A stretch of DNA of 42,839 nt, from IMG/VR virus record IMGVR_UViG_2870464427_000004, positions 1-42,839 of that record, one strand, 5' to 3'. Below the pieces are notes generated by a model, which was not told the origin of the DNA, did no database searches, and was given only the letters and a program-made list of their open reading frames with translations. The position numbers and the translations under genes were made by a program. This document shows, in pieces, positions 1-9,187 of the stretch. The stretch comes from a virus (Duplodnaviria; Heunggongvirae; Uroviricota; Caudoviricetes). The first letter of the stretch is position 1, and the number at the start of each line of letters is the position of its first letter.

Positions 1-552
1 ATGCAAGAGGAAAATCAGAAGCTAAAGGAATGTCCTTCGACAAATATGCAAAAATCTATTGGGCAACCAAGTGATAACGAGGAAACTGAGTTCGAGGAAG
101 TTGAGGAAGAGCTAAGTAACGAGATTATCCAAAACCCAGATGCATTTACTCGCGTGCTTGACCGACCAGAAATTCAGGAAATTGTTGTTGCTCATCACGC
201 ATTCCAGGGACCACTTCCACCACCTTATCTTCTTCGTGGGTATCAGGATATTTTACCTGATGCCCCTGAACGGATTTTCCAGTTGACGGAAAAAGAGTTT
301 GCTCACCGCCAAAAAATGGAAGAAAAGGCCCTTGATGGAGCGATAAACCGGGATAAACGAGGACAATTTTATGGTCTTTCTGCGACTCTTTTTACAGTAA
401 CATGTGCAACCATATTGGGGCTAACTGGTCACGAAATTTTGGCAGGAACAGTGATCGGTACTGTTGTCGCAGTTGCGGGTATTTTTGTTCTTCGAAAAAA
501 ACCAAGCACTAAAAGCAAATCTAAAAACGACAATAACCACGATGAAGAATAG
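1..552 (+). CDS. Hypothetical membrane-anchored protein (acidic N-terminal region, hydrophobic C-terminal segments); possibly 5'-truncated by window edge
   Basis: 183-aa ORF with hydrophobic stretch LSATLFTVTCATILGL...VIGTVVAVAGIFVL near C-terminus; followed by intrinsic terminator. Confidence 0.45.
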   Translation: MQEENQKLKECPSTNMQKSIGQPSDNEETEFEEVEEELSNEIIQNPDAFTRVLDRPEIQEIVVAHHAFQGPLPPPYLLRGYQDILPDAPERIFQLTEKEFAHRQKMEEKALDGAINRDKRGQFYGLSATLFTVTCATILGLTGHEILAGTVIGTVVAVAGIFVLRKKPSTKSKSKNDNNHDEE

Positions 553-572
553 CCCGCGCTGCGGGCTTTTTT
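551..572 (+). terminator. Rho-independent terminator after ORF 1..552
   Basis: agcccgc-gct-gcgggct stem-loop followed by TTTTTT. Confidence 0.7.
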
Positions 573-644
573 ATGGACGAAACAAAAGTCAGTGCTACAC
601 TCATTGACGCCACATTGAGGTGGCTTATAGATGGAAATCTCACA

Positions 645-806
645 ATGAAAAAAGCATTTGCTGCACTGTTCGTTTTGTTGTCTCTGGTGGCTTCAACTCA
701 GGCCTCTGCTGGTCGTTGTCAGCACGACAGCGATACTGCCGCTGACGGCTCCCGCTGCGGTGGGCGCTCTGCGGATTCCCGCCCAGGAGGAGGTGGCATT
801 CGTTAA
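645..806 (+). CDS. Possible small secreted peptide (signal-peptide-like N-terminus, Gly/Arg/Ser-rich tail)
   Basis: Internal ATG at 645 gives MKKAFAALFVLLSLVASTQASA... (53 aa); weak RBS; could be spurious. Confidence 0.25.
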   Translation: MKKAFAALFVLLSLVASTQASAGRCQHDSDTAADGSRCGGRSADSRPGGGGIR

Positions 807-858
807 AAACAAGGCCGCAAAAACGGCCTGTGACATGCCACATTAACTTTTCAGTCAA

Positions 859-891
859 CCGTAGCACGTTCTTGCATACGACGTGCTACGG
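859..891. terminator. 11-bp perfect stem-loop at 3' end of invertase gene (bidirectional terminator candidate)
   Basis: ccgtagcacgt / acgtgctacgg inverted repeat with 11-nt loop, T-run on plus side. Confidence 0.5.
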
Positions 892-893
892 TT

Positions 894-1448
894 TCATTTA
901 TCTCCGACCGGAAACTTCTTATACAAAGTCGATACGCCAACATCATAAATGATCGCCACATTCTGGCGATGAACTCCTGATGCAATTAGTCGCCCGGCCT
1001 GCGCCCATTGTTCTGGTGTAAGTTTGGGACGACGTCCACCAATTCGTCCCTGTGCGCGAGCAGCTTCCAGTCCAGCTTTTGTTCGTTCAACAATCAGTTC
1101 TCGTTCCATTTCAGCCAGGGCCCCCATCACATGAAAGAAAAAACGCCCCATCGGTGTGCTGGTATCAATAGCATCCGTCAGGCTGCGAAAATTAACGCCA
1201 CGTTCGCGCAACTCCTCAACCAGAATGACCAGATGCCGCATACTACGCCCCAGCCGATCCAGCTTCCAGACAACCAGAGTGTCACCTGCCGATAATGTCC
1301 TGAGCAGTTTTTTCAGTCCCGGCCTTTCGGACTTTGTACCGCTTATCTTGTCTTCAAAAATCAGCTCGCATCCTGCACAGTTCAGCGCATTACGTTGTAG
1401 ATCTGTGTTCTGGTCATTTGTTGACACACGTACATAGCCAATAAGCAT
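894..1448 (-). CDS. pin: Serine recombinase, Pin/Gin/Hin/Cin-family DNA invertase
   Basis: N-terminus MLIGYVRVSTNDQ (catalytic Ser motif), VVWKLDRLGRS, C-terminal HTH; sits adjacent to inverted-repeat-bounded tail-fibre segment. True start at ATG 1448 (ORF track extends to 1484). Confidence 0.9.
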   Translation of the reverse strand: MLIGYVRVSTNDQNTDLQRNALNCAGCELIFEDKISGTKSERPGLKKLLRTLSAGDTLVVWKLDRLGRSMRHLVILVEELRERGVNFRSLTDAIDTSTPMGRFFFHVMGALAEMERELIVERTKAGLEAARAQGRIGGRRPKLTPEQWAQAGRLIASGVHRQNVAIIYDVGVSTLYKKFPVGDK

Positions 1449-1502
1449 GGTAGATCTCCCTGACAAAAGCAGGAATGATGCCATTTGCTCGTTATTTCTG
1501 CA

Positions 1503-1528
1503 TTTTCATAAACGTTGGTTTGGGGGAA
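1503..1528 (+). promoter_or_regulatory. Left crossover site (hix/gix-like) for DNA inversion
   Basis: TTTTCATAAACG-TT-GGTTTGGGGGAA resembles 26-bp hix/gix sites (two half-sites around a central dinucleotide). Confidence 0.55.
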
Positions 1529-1594
1529 GGCTCTGCATTGCCTGTTGGTGTACCGGTTCCGTGGCCCACCGCCACACCGCCAGCAGGCTGGTTA
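1515..1594. repeat. Left inverted repeat (80 bp, perfect match to reverse complement of 3040..3119)
   Basis: Direct comparison of plus strand 1515..1594 with reverse complement of 3040..3119: identical; partial similarity continues inward. Confidence 0.9.
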
Positions 1595-2032
1595 CAGTGC
1601 AACGGAGCTACGTTCACCAAAGAACAATATCCTGTTCTGGCCAGAGTCTACCCGACCCTCCGTCTTCCCGATTTGCGCGGTGAGTTTATCCGTGGATGGG
1701 ACGACGGGCGCAAAGTTGATACAGGACGTAAGTTGCTGTCCGCACAAGGGGCAACGCTGTTAAGAACAGCAATGCTGGATTATTATAACCAGGACACTAC
1801 GGGAACCTCGGGGATAGTCGGCATGGGATTCAACAATGAAGATTCCATTACAGACCTTCGTGAGGGCAGCTTTAAAATGCCGGACGGGACAACATTCAGC
1901 GATCCTGTCATAGCAATGTCAGACAATGGTATGCAGGCTACTATTCTGACCTCTATCAGAAGCGGGTATGCGAAGGGTATCACTGTCAGACCCCGTAGCA
2001 TTGCACTTAATTACATTGTGAGGGCAGTTTAA
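1517..2032 (+). CDS. Silent alternative tail-fibre C-terminal cassette (no N-terminal constant part in this orientation)
   Basis: Translation [25 protein letters not shown]... shares the junction peptide with the expressed fibre at 2653..3474 and ends NYIVRAV; no plausible own start or promoter. Confidence 0.7.
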   Translation, partial: GLGEGSALPVGVPVPWPTATPPAGWLQCNGATFTKEQYPVLARVYPTLRLPDLRGEFIRGWDDGRKVDTGRKLLSAQGATLLRTAMLDYYNQDTTGTSGIVGMGFNNEDSITDLREGSFKMPDGTTFSDPVIAMSDNGMQATILTSIRSGYAKGITVRPRSIALNYIVRAV

Positions 2033-2646
2033 TGAGTAACACTGCAGTTCTGGATGAAAACGGTATCGCCACTGTAGCGGGCGATATCACTGTATATCAC
2101 TATGACGAGGAAACCCGGGAATACACCTCATCCTCTGTGGAGTATCTCGCCCTTGGGGTGGGTACTCCGGCACATTCGTGCGCCGATGCACCGCCGGAGG
2201 CAATTTCGGGTTACGTGGTTTGCCGGACTGCCACGCTGAACGGGTGGGAGCATGTGCCTGATCACCGCGGCGAGACGGTATACAGCACGGAGAACGGTAA
2301 CCCCGTTCTGATTACCCAACCGGGTGATTACCCGGCGGACACCACCACAAAACAGCCTGCCACACCATGGGATACCTGGAACGGTGAAGCGTGGGTAACT
2401 GATACTGAACGGCATAGAGCCGCAGAGCTGGAGACTGCCAGACTGCAACGCCAGAAACGGGTGGATCAGGCGATGAAGTCCATCGACCTCATCAACCTCA
2501 AACTGCGGGCAGGTCGCAGTCTGAAACCAGAAGAAACGGCAAAACTGAACGCCGTGCTGGATTATATCGACGAGCTGAACGCACTGGATATCAGCAAGGC
2601 ACCTGAAATCAGCTGGCCGGAAGCGCCACTGGCGCTTGCCGGCTGA
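2032..2646 (+). CDS. Tail fibre assembly protein (Tfa / Mu U-like chaperone), coupled to the silent cassette
   Basis: 204 aa, start overlaps cassette stop (TAATG); typical Tfa-like sequence with conserved C-terminal region. Confidence 0.8.
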   Translation: MSNTAVLDENGIATVAGDITVYHYDEETREYTSSSVEYLALGVGTPAHSCADAPPEAISGYVVCRTATLNGWEHVPDHRGETVYSTENGNPVLITQPGDYPADTTTKQPATPWDTWNGEAWVTDTERHRAAELETARLQRQKRVDQAMKSIDLINLKLRAGRSLKPEETAKLNAVLDYIDELNALDISKAPEISWPEAPLALAG

Positions 2647-2652
2647 ACGGTA

Positions 2653-3474
2653 TCACGCCGCCCTCACGATATAGTTAAATGCGATATTGCGGGGGCGAGC
2701 TGATACATAAGCCCACCAGTCATATCTTTGTGCACCTTTAGAGGATGCATCAAATATCCACTTTTTGCCATTTATGACCCCCAGTTGATTAGAGGTTAAA
2801 GCGTCACCAAATCCGTATTGTGTAGAGCCGAGCGAACTGATATCTCCGGTATCATTATCATCAAAACCGGATACGATAGTCCCTTCCTGAAATGAAAGTA
2901 GCGCACGCCCGGTATCAACCTTGCGACCACCGTCCCATCCACGGATAAACTCACCGCGCAAATCGGGAAGACGGAGGGTCGGGTAGACTCTGGCCAGAAC
3001 AGGATATTGTTCTTTTGTAAAGGCGCGCCCGTCGCACTTTAACCAGCCTGCTGGCGGTGTGGCGGTGGGCCACGGAACCGGTACACCAACAGGCAATGCA
3101 GAGCCTTCCCCCAAACCAAGGTTTTCGAGAGCCGTTTCCACCGTGCCATCCGATTTGATATCACCAAACGGATTCTTGCGGCTCAGGTATTCAACAGCAA
3201 ACCCCGATCCCAGCAATTCAACAAAACCGGGCAGATCACCATTATCAAGCACATCCCGTTGCGTTTTATCACTTACAAACTGGGCCAGAGCTGCAGCAAT
3301 AAAGCTGGCCTGCCGAATAACCTTATTGACTTGCGCACTGGAGGCTTTCCCTGCTGTAAATCCAGATAAAAGCGCGGGCAACGCTTCCCATTCCTCCTGC
3401 GATATAACATTGGCATTTCGATCCGTTGCAAACGCTTTAAAGTCATTTTTCGCCATCAGAGTAATACTCCCCAT
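2653..3474 (-). CDS. Tail fibre protein (constant N-terminal part plus currently expressed variable C-terminal part)
   Basis: 273 aa; crosses the right inverted repeat; likely true start at ATG 3456 (ATGA overlap with upstream gene stop). Confidence 0.85.
   Translation of the reverse strand: MGSITLMAKNDFKAFATDRNANVISQEEWEALPALLSGFTAGKASSAQVNKVIRQASFIAAALAQFVSDKTQRDVLDNGDLPGFVELLGSGFAVEYLSRKNPFGDIKSDGTVETALENLGLGEGSALPVGVPVPWPTATPPAGWLKCDGRAFTKEQYPVLARVYPTLRLPDLRGEFIRGWDGGRKVDTGRALLSFQEGTIVSGFDDNDTGDISSLGSTQYGFGDALTSNQLGVINGKKWIFDASSKGAQRYDWWAYVSARPRNIAFNYIVRAA
3040..3119. repeat. Right inverted repeat (partner of 1515..1594) with hix-like site CTCTCGAAAACC-TT-GGTTTGGGGGAA on minus strand (3105..3132)
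   Basis: Perfect reverse-complement identity with 1515..1594; left half-site closely matches the Hin hix half-site. Confidence 0.9.
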
Positions 3475-4136
3475 GCTCCTACATCAAAACCACTGATGAA
3501 TTCGTTATCCATATCAAAACCAAAAAATTTTGAGCCTTCCGATGGGGTTTCCACCGAAGGTGTTTCAATGCCACCCGCCCATACCCCGGCGGCTTTTACT
3601 GTGAGATACCCCTGTTTAATTGCCGCAATTAACTCACGCGATACATCTGAAATATCAGTATCAGGAAAGACCCAGACCGATATCGTCATGTCCTGGTTAT
3701 CGACTATCTGCATTCGCAGTCCGGATCCTGCTGTTGCCGCGTCAAGAATTGCCGGAAGCGAATCATTCCGTCCGTCCCAGTTATTAATCGCAATCTTCGC
3801 TTTAAGGATGACACGATAAGTTTCATCGCTGAGGTACATGTGTCCGGAATCAGGATCGTATGGCCCCTGCCATACACCCTGATCATATCCAAGCCCGTCG
3901 GTATCCCAGCTGAAATAGGCACCTGAAATAGGCTGGCTGACAACACGGCTACGTCCGATCCACAATCCCAGAATGTCAAGTTGCACACCAACCGCAGAGT
4001 CAAAATCAAATGCAGTAATCAGCCCTCTGGTGGCAGCCGCAACATCAATAAGCGGCCGGGTCATCAGATCAACATGTGCAAGAAATTTAGGTTTGGTGGC
4101 GTGGTAGTTCGTGATTAGTTCGGTGTATTTGCTCAT
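3456..4136 (-). CDS. Baseplate/tail protein (Mu gp48-like, putative)
   Basis: 226 aa, position between baseplate J-like gene and tail fibre; translationally coupled. Confidence 0.55.
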   Translation of the reverse strand: MSKYTELITNYHATKPKFLAHVDLMTRPLIDVAAATRGLITAFDFDSAVGVQLDILGLWIGRSRVVSQPISGAYFSWDTDGLGYDQGVWQGPYDPDSGHMYLSDETYRVILKAKIAINNWDGRNDSLPAILDAATAGSGLRMQIVDNQDMTISVWVFPDTDISDVSRELIAAIKQGYLTVKAAGVWAGGIETPSVETPSEGSKFFGFDMDNEFISGFDVGAWGVLL

Positions 4137-5332
4137 GACTCCACCGTTATAACGATATTTTCCGGGGTACAGGACGCAGATTCGTTGTATCTGATATCAA
4201 TGTTTGATGACGACAAAGCCCCCGGGGATTTCCCAATCGTCAGTTCCTGAATATCGTAATAGCGTGCATTCCCGCCACTCACCACGCCAAGATTCGCCGG
4301 TGAGTAAATGCGACTTAAAAGGACCGAATCACCAATCATCAGACTATTGATATAGTCGGAAATAGCCTGCTGGATCTGCTGCCCTATCTGTGAGGTATAA
4401 CCCGTAAAAACTTTTAATTTAATCCGGGCATAAACAGGCACATCACTGGAACGCGAAAATTTGATTACATGGGGATTGCCGTATTTATCCGGAACCGTAA
4501 CGGATGTTGTACCGTGAGTGGCTGTCCCCGGGCCTTTATTCCCTCTGATAGCCTGAGCAATATCCGTCACATCACCGCCATCCACAATTACAGCAACAGA
4601 GTGTGGCGGTAACCCGTTACCGTCCTCCGAACCATTATCGTTTTCATAGAGTTTGTGGCGGGTTACACCGGTAACATTAGAAACAGCACCATCCAGTGCT
4701 TCAAATGGGGTTATTGATGGCAACGCAACACTTTGCGACTGTCGGATACGTAACTCCGCATCAGTTTCTGCCGGAGTGCCCACAGTAGCCGCAGCAGGAT
4801 TGGTTACCGAAACCCAGCCACGGGTTGGCGTATTAATTTCAGTGATAGTTCCAGCCAGCGCCGCCACTGCACCACTGACGGAACATGTTGCGGTCACCAT
4901 CACTGTACCATCCACGCCGACCACCACTGAAGCAGGCAAACGCCATATCACATTATTACTGTCTTTCACGCTGCCATTAATGATGGTTGTTCCGGCAGTT
5001 CCTGTAAGAAGCAAATCAACCGTAGAGTTCGTCGCGCCTTTACGTGAAATACCATTTATTTTCACGTTACTGGTCAGTGCAGCCCCATAGCCGGTTGCTG
5101 GTGAAAAACAGTTGTAGACAGTTATCGCCATATTATTGGCATCATGAATCGCCAGCGCCATCAGAGCCACCATCTGACCGTCCTTACTGTCCGGTTCGAG
5201 GTAGGCATCACTACCATAAATCTGCTGAAAATAGCTAATCAGGGTGCTGAGTATCGTCTGATAATCAGGCGCACTGATCCCCTCCGCGGTTACCTTTGCA
5301 GATAAACCGAGAGAATCAAGGTTCAGAGCCAT
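4133..5332 (-). CDS. Baseplate J-like protein (Mu gp47-like)
   Basis: 399 aa, size and position typical of baseplate J family; overlapping start/stop with neighbours. Confidence 0.65.
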   Translation of the reverse strand: MALNLDSLGLSAKVTAEGISAPDYQTILSTLISYFQQIYGSDAYLEPDSKDGQMVALMALAIHDANNMAITVYNCFSPATGYGAALTSNVKINGISRKGATNSTVDLLLTGTAGTTIINGSVKDSNNVIWRLPASVVVGVDGTVMVTATCSVSGAVAALAGTITEINTPTRGWVSVTNPAAATVGTPAETDAELRIRQSQSVALPSITPFEALDGAVSNVTGVTRHKLYENDNGSEDGNGLPPHSVAVIVDGGDVTDIAQAIRGNKGPGTATHGTTSVTVPDKYGNPHVIKFSRSSDVPVYARIKLKVFTGYTSQIGQQIQQAISDYINSLMIGDSVLLSRIYSPANLGVVSGGNARYYDIQELTIGKSPGALSSSNIDIRYNESASCTPENIVITVES

Positions 5333-5685
5333 TACGCCTCCGATGTAACAGTCGTTATTCCATAAAGAGTGTCGATTTCAGCGGAAAACATGACACGTCG
5401 GGTCGTGGTATCCACCGTCGTATTGAAAGAGAGGATTGATTTAACGCCCCGCGTTTCGAGAATGCGCTTACGGATCGCCAGGTTGTAGGTTTCAGGCTTC
5501 TGCTTACCGAGTACGGACTGGATCCACGGAGTTCCCTCGGTGGTGTCGAGAAACCATTGCCCATACCACAATTCGAATCGCGTTTTTACCGCCTGCGCCA
5601 CGGCCTCCGGTGAGTTAATCAGCCAGGTGTCATCACCGCTGCCAAAGGTGTAATCGCCATCGGCGTCTTCACGTCTGTATCGCAT
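5332..5685 (-). CDS. Small baseplate protein (Mu gp46-like, putative)
   Basis: 117 aa, conserved position in baseplate cluster. Confidence 0.5.
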   Translation of the reverse strand: MRYRREDADGDYTFGSGDDTWLINSPEAVAQAVKTRFELWYGQWFLDTTEGTPWIQSVLGKQKPETYNLAIRKRILETRGVKSILSFNTTVDTTTRRVMFSAEIDTLYGITTVTSEA

Positions 5686-6437
5686 CAGTTTACTCCGTCG
5701 GTATTGCTTCCACCGCGCTGAACACCACCATGAGTGTGCGTATCATCGATTGGCTTGCCGTTAGCCTTCACGCTACCCAAAAACTCAACAGCACCAGTGA
5801 TTTTTGAAGCCACACCAGAAACAACAGCCCCCACCATGCCACCCATCCAGGTTAACAGTCCATGAATGGTTACTTTCTCAGAAAAATCAGCCAGAGGGGC
5901 AACCACATCAAGACCACCCGGAGCGACAATTTTAATTTTCCTGGTATCAGGATTAAGCTCAAAATAGGTGCTGCCGTCATCACTACGCAACTGTGTGGCA
6001 CTGGTATTAATACCGCTAATCTTCCTTGCCTGCGACTGGGGACCGACAATACAAAACGCATCCGATAAATCATGCATTCTGTCATCGACCGGCTCCTGTA
6101 TCCCGCCGCTCTGCCACCAGAAATCAATACAACGATCGGCAAAAATCACCAAACATTCATCACCGGCTTTAACTGGGAACGTTAGCGTGCATCCTCCGCC
6201 GCGCGGGAATACCACTGGCACATCCACCAGCAATGGGTAATTTTTGGTAATGCGCTTGCCGTCATTATCCTTTTCAACCGAACGGATAGCAGGCTGCACA
6301 ACTGCCGTCACCGCATCAGGATCGAATGACTGAATAATGCCAGGCAAGGCGACACGGATCTGGTTCTTTGTTGTTTCCCTTTCAGATTTGAATGTTTCGG
6401 CAAGGTCGCCGCTGCGGGTCTGGTCAGATACTGCCAT
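5685..6437 (-). CDS. Baseplate assembly protein (Mu gp45 / V-like, putative)
   Basis: 250 aa, within baseplate cluster; coupled to downstream gene. Confidence 0.5.
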   Translation of the reverse strand: MAVSDQTRSGDLAETFKSERETTKNQIRVALPGIIQSFDPDAVTAVVQPAIRSVEKDNDGKRITKNYPLLVDVPVVFPRGGGCTLTFPVKAGDECLVIFADRCIDFWWQSGGIQEPVDDRMHDLSDAFCIVGPQSQARKISGINTSATQLRSDDGSTYFELNPDTRKIKIVAPGGLDVVAPLADFSEKVTIHGLLTWMGGMVGAVVSGVASKITGAVEFLGSVKANGKPIDDTHTHGGVQRGGSNTDGVN

Positions 6438-6453
6438 TTAGTAGGCTCCAGAA

Positions 6454-6480
6454 AGCAAAAAACCCGCCATCCGGCGGGTT
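6454..6480 (-). terminator. Rho-independent terminator downstream of lipoprotein gene
   Basis: Minus strand: acccgcc-ggat-ggcgggt stem-loop followed by TTTTTTG. Confidence 0.65.
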
Positions 6481-6502
6481 TTATGTGACTAATTTGATCT
6501 TT

Positions 6503-7228
6503 TCAGTTTATAAGCCCCATCTTACCGGCGCTTCGATAGTTAATTACATCGCCTGAAGAGCCGCAAGGCACAGCTACAGTCGACATTTTGACAAATCCTT
6601 TACCGCCCTGCTTTTGGCATAAAGTGGCATGCATTTTTGCTAAACGCGCAGCATGACCAAAATCAATTTTGGTTCCGTAAGTTGAATCTCGTAGAGCTGC
6701 TTTTTTTGCAATTCCGGTAATATTTTTGTCTTTAATTACAGATGCAAACAAACTCAAATCATTTCCAATTTGATTGAAGCAAGTACGATTAATATCAACA
6801 TCGGCATACGCTGAAATGCGTTTGCAATCTGCGATCTGAGAAAGCACAGATGTGTTAACCAGTTGCAAATTTAATTTGTAGTCACCGACATAGGTATAAA
6901 CTTTGTTAGGGTCCGTGGTTCCCGGATAACGAGTTACGAATGGAATGCTGTTGTACGCATCTCGCAAAGATTCTGCACCCTTACTTGTAAGCTCGTTCCC
7001 AACACCATCAACGATAACCTCTGGATGTGAAACTTCAAATTGAGACTTTTCTTCGCGCTGTATTTGAAGCCTGCTTTTCTGGCTCTCCTCAACTTGCTTA
7101 TCGTACGCTTGTTTTTCTTCATTTTTTTGGGATAGCCATTTTTCCTGAGCTTTAGCACCATTAGGATCCCAACTACATGAAGTTAAAAAAAGAGAAAATA
7201 CGATTGTGGTTATCGCAAGCCTGCTCAC
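6503..7228 (-). CDS. Lipoprotein (accessory gene inserted in baseplate operon)
   Basis: 241 aa; signal peptide with lipobox LTSC; AT-rich by eye relative to neighbours; own terminator. Confidence 0.75.
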   Translation of the reverse strand: MSRLAITTIVFSLFLTSCSWDPNGAKAQEKWLSQKNEEKQAYDKQVEESQKSRLQIQREEKSQFEVSHPEVIVDGVGNELTSKGAESLRDAYNSIPFVTRYPGTTDPNKVYTYVGDYKLNLQLVNTSVLSQIADCKRISAYADVDINRTCFNQIGNDLSLFASVIKDKNITGIAKKAALRDSTYGTKIDFGHAARLAKMHATLCQKQGGKGFVKMSTVAVPCGSSGDVINYRSAGKMGLIN

Positions 7229-7230
7229 TA

Positions 7231-8295
7231 TTATGCACCTCGATTCATCGCTGACTGGCTAGGAATATCACTAGCACCTCGAGCAAAGCACATCATATCC
7301 ATGTACCACGCCTGGCCCCTTGTGTCGCCAGTGTACATAATCCCGCGCACAATATAAACGCCATCCGTTGCGATGCTGGCAGGCTGCGATATGGTGCCGC
7401 TTAGCGTAATATTTCCGTCCGTGTTCTGGTCGGTGATCTGCCCACCAGCCATAGCGATATCGTTGTTCGACAACGCGGTGCGATATACGGAAGCCTGATC
7501 CAGTTGAATGAGCCCATTAACCCGGATGTTCGGATTAATAAGCGCGCGGACGTTTACGCCGTTGCCGATGGTCTGCTGCGGCATGCCAATAAGCCCGGTA
7601 GCGCTGTTGAGCACAATCGCTTCGTGAACATATTCATTATTCACCACCATCTGGCGCTGACCATCCACGAATTGCCATGTTGCGCCACATTGCCCGGCTA
7701 CGTTATCCATTAGATGTCGCGTCATGCCAAAGAGCACCCGCCCCCGGGGGAATACAGTAGCAGGCATTTCAGGCGTCAGGCCTTCGGTCGCACCTTTGGC
7801 TTCGAAGTCTTTCATCAGCGCACGGTTCACATCAGCGACCGTGTAACCGGCAGCCAGCGTCTGTGAGGTTATACTGGTGGCAAAAGCCAGATCAGTATCT
7901 GCTGCCTGAATCAGGACGTAGGAATCAACCGGGCTGTCTTTTCCTGTGACCGAGTAGCGAATTTCACCGCTGAAAATCAGTCCGTAGTTGCGGCCATCAC
8001 TCTGGCCCACGTCCGCCGCATCAACCTCCCGCACGGTCCCGACATCGCTTGCCGACACCTCCGGCGCGATACCGTCGTAACCCGCAATCAGACGCACTTT
8101 CGAAAACTCCTGCCCGGTAATTCGGTTCACAGTATCTGCCGAGAGGTTATAAATTTTGATAGTCCCTACCCGGGACGCGCTGCTGATGTTGAACCAGTCG
8201 ATCGTAAAGGTGACTTTGAAATCACTTAGCTCAATTCCCTGACCGTACCCGTCCACAAGCTGCAGCTCGAAATGTCTCATCCAGTTCTGTGACAT
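7231..8295 (-). CDS. Baseplate hub / tail protein (Mu gp44-like, putative)
   Basis: 354 aa, upstream of baseplate cluster, downstream of tape measure region. Confidence 0.5.
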   Translation of the reverse strand: MSQNWMRHFELQLVDGYGQGIELSDFKVTFTIDWFNISSASRVGTIKIYNLSADTVNRITGQEFSKVRLIAGYDGIAPEVSASDVGTVREVDAADVGQSDGRNYGLIFSGEIRYSVTGKDSPVDSYVLIQAADTDLAFATSITSQTLAAGYTVADVNRALMKDFEAKGATEGLTPEMPATVFPRGRVLFGMTRHLMDNVAGQCGATWQFVDGQRQMVVNNEYVHEAIVLNSATGLIGMPQQTIGNGVNVRALINPNIRVNGLIQLDQASVYRTALSNNDIAMAGGQITDQNTDGNITLSGTISQPASIATDGVYIVRGIMYTGDTRGQAWYMDMMCFARGASDIPSQSAMNRGA

Positions 8296-8297
8296 GC

Positions 8298-8600
8298 TTA
8301 CTCCGTTGATACCAGTAAATGACTGCGCCCGCCCAGGTCAGTTTTCGTGGGATAATCCTGTGTGTTGTCATCGCAGACCACCAACAGCTTAAAACCAAGT
8401 CCCATACAGGCGTACTGCGCCAGCAGGTCAGCGCCAGTGACGAGAGGTATACCGGAGATTACCGGCTCCCCTCTGTCGTTCTGCAGGTCCATAATCCAGT
8501 ACAGATCGCGCCATATGATGCTAATCCGCCAGGTGACACCACCCAGGACGATGCTGAACTGCTGGTTGTCCGCTGTCAGCGGAATTTCCTGAATTGTCAT
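8298..8600 (-). CDS. Tail protein, hypothetical
   Basis: 100 aa ORF tightly packed in tail operon. Confidence 0.45.
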   Translation of the reverse strand: MTIQEIPLTADNQQFSIVLGGVTWRISIIWRDLYWIMDLQNDRGEPVISGIPLVTGADLLAQYACMGLGFKLLVVCDDNTQDYPTKTDLGGRSHLLVSTE

Positions 8601-9187
8601 TATCCGCCTCCCAGTAATGACACCACGTTACCCGTGATGCTTTTCAGCAGTGAAGTATCTGGAGGCTTTGTGGTTTTGTTGCCGCTGTTCTGTACCGCCG
8701 ACGTGCTGGCCCCTTCCTTCATGTTGGTTTTATCAGCGACGGTGATCTGCTGTGTCCGGGAGATAAGGACCTCCCTCAGGGTGAGGACGGCGGACAGGAC
8801 GTTTTCGGTTGTCTTGTCCGTCGTCACTTCCAGCGCCCGGATCAACATGTTGCTGTACAGCCGTTTACCGGTTACCACATCGAAGGGGATACGGCTTTCC
8901 TGCAGATCCAGTAGCTCCTGATACGTCTGCTGAGGACTCAGGCCGAGCAGGCTGGTAGCCGTCAGGTTACTGGCAAAATCCAGCAATGCGCCGCCACCGG
9001 CGAAACCAACCTCCATCACCACTTCTGACGGTTTTTTATAGGCATGATCAGCGACAGCAGCCCCGACCTCTACCGGATGCTCTGTTATTTCAAGCATATC
9101 TGTATGCTTCTCTGAAATAACAACACTGGGAACAATCATTCCTATTTTTCTGCTCTGCTGATGAAAAAGTGTAGAGAGAATATCCAC
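8600..9187 (-). CDS. Tail protein, hypothetical
   Basis: 195 aa ORF immediately downstream of tape measure gene. Confidence 0.45.
   Translation of the reverse strand: MDILSTLFHQQSRKIGMIVPSVVISEKHTDMLEITEHPVEVGAAVADHAYKKPSEVVMEVGFAGGGALLDFASNLTATSLLGLSPQQTYQELLDLQESRIPFDVVTGKRLYSNMLIRALEVTTDKTTENVLSAVLTLREVLISRTQQITVADKTNMKEGASTSAVQNSGNKTTKPPDTSLLKSITGNVVSLLGGG

Larger units (their letters stand above)
1515..3119. other. Invertible tail-fibre host-range segment (Mu G-segment / P1 C-segment analogue)
   Basis: Bounded by inverted repeats with hix-like sites; adjacent invertase; contains two alternative fibre C-terminal cassettes in opposite orientation. Confidence 0.8.

Noticed and set aside
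894-1448. Fis-dependent recombinational enhancer inside the invertase 5' coding region
   Set aside because: Expected by analogy with gin/hin/pin, but I could not identify the paired Fis sites by eye; not reported as a feature.
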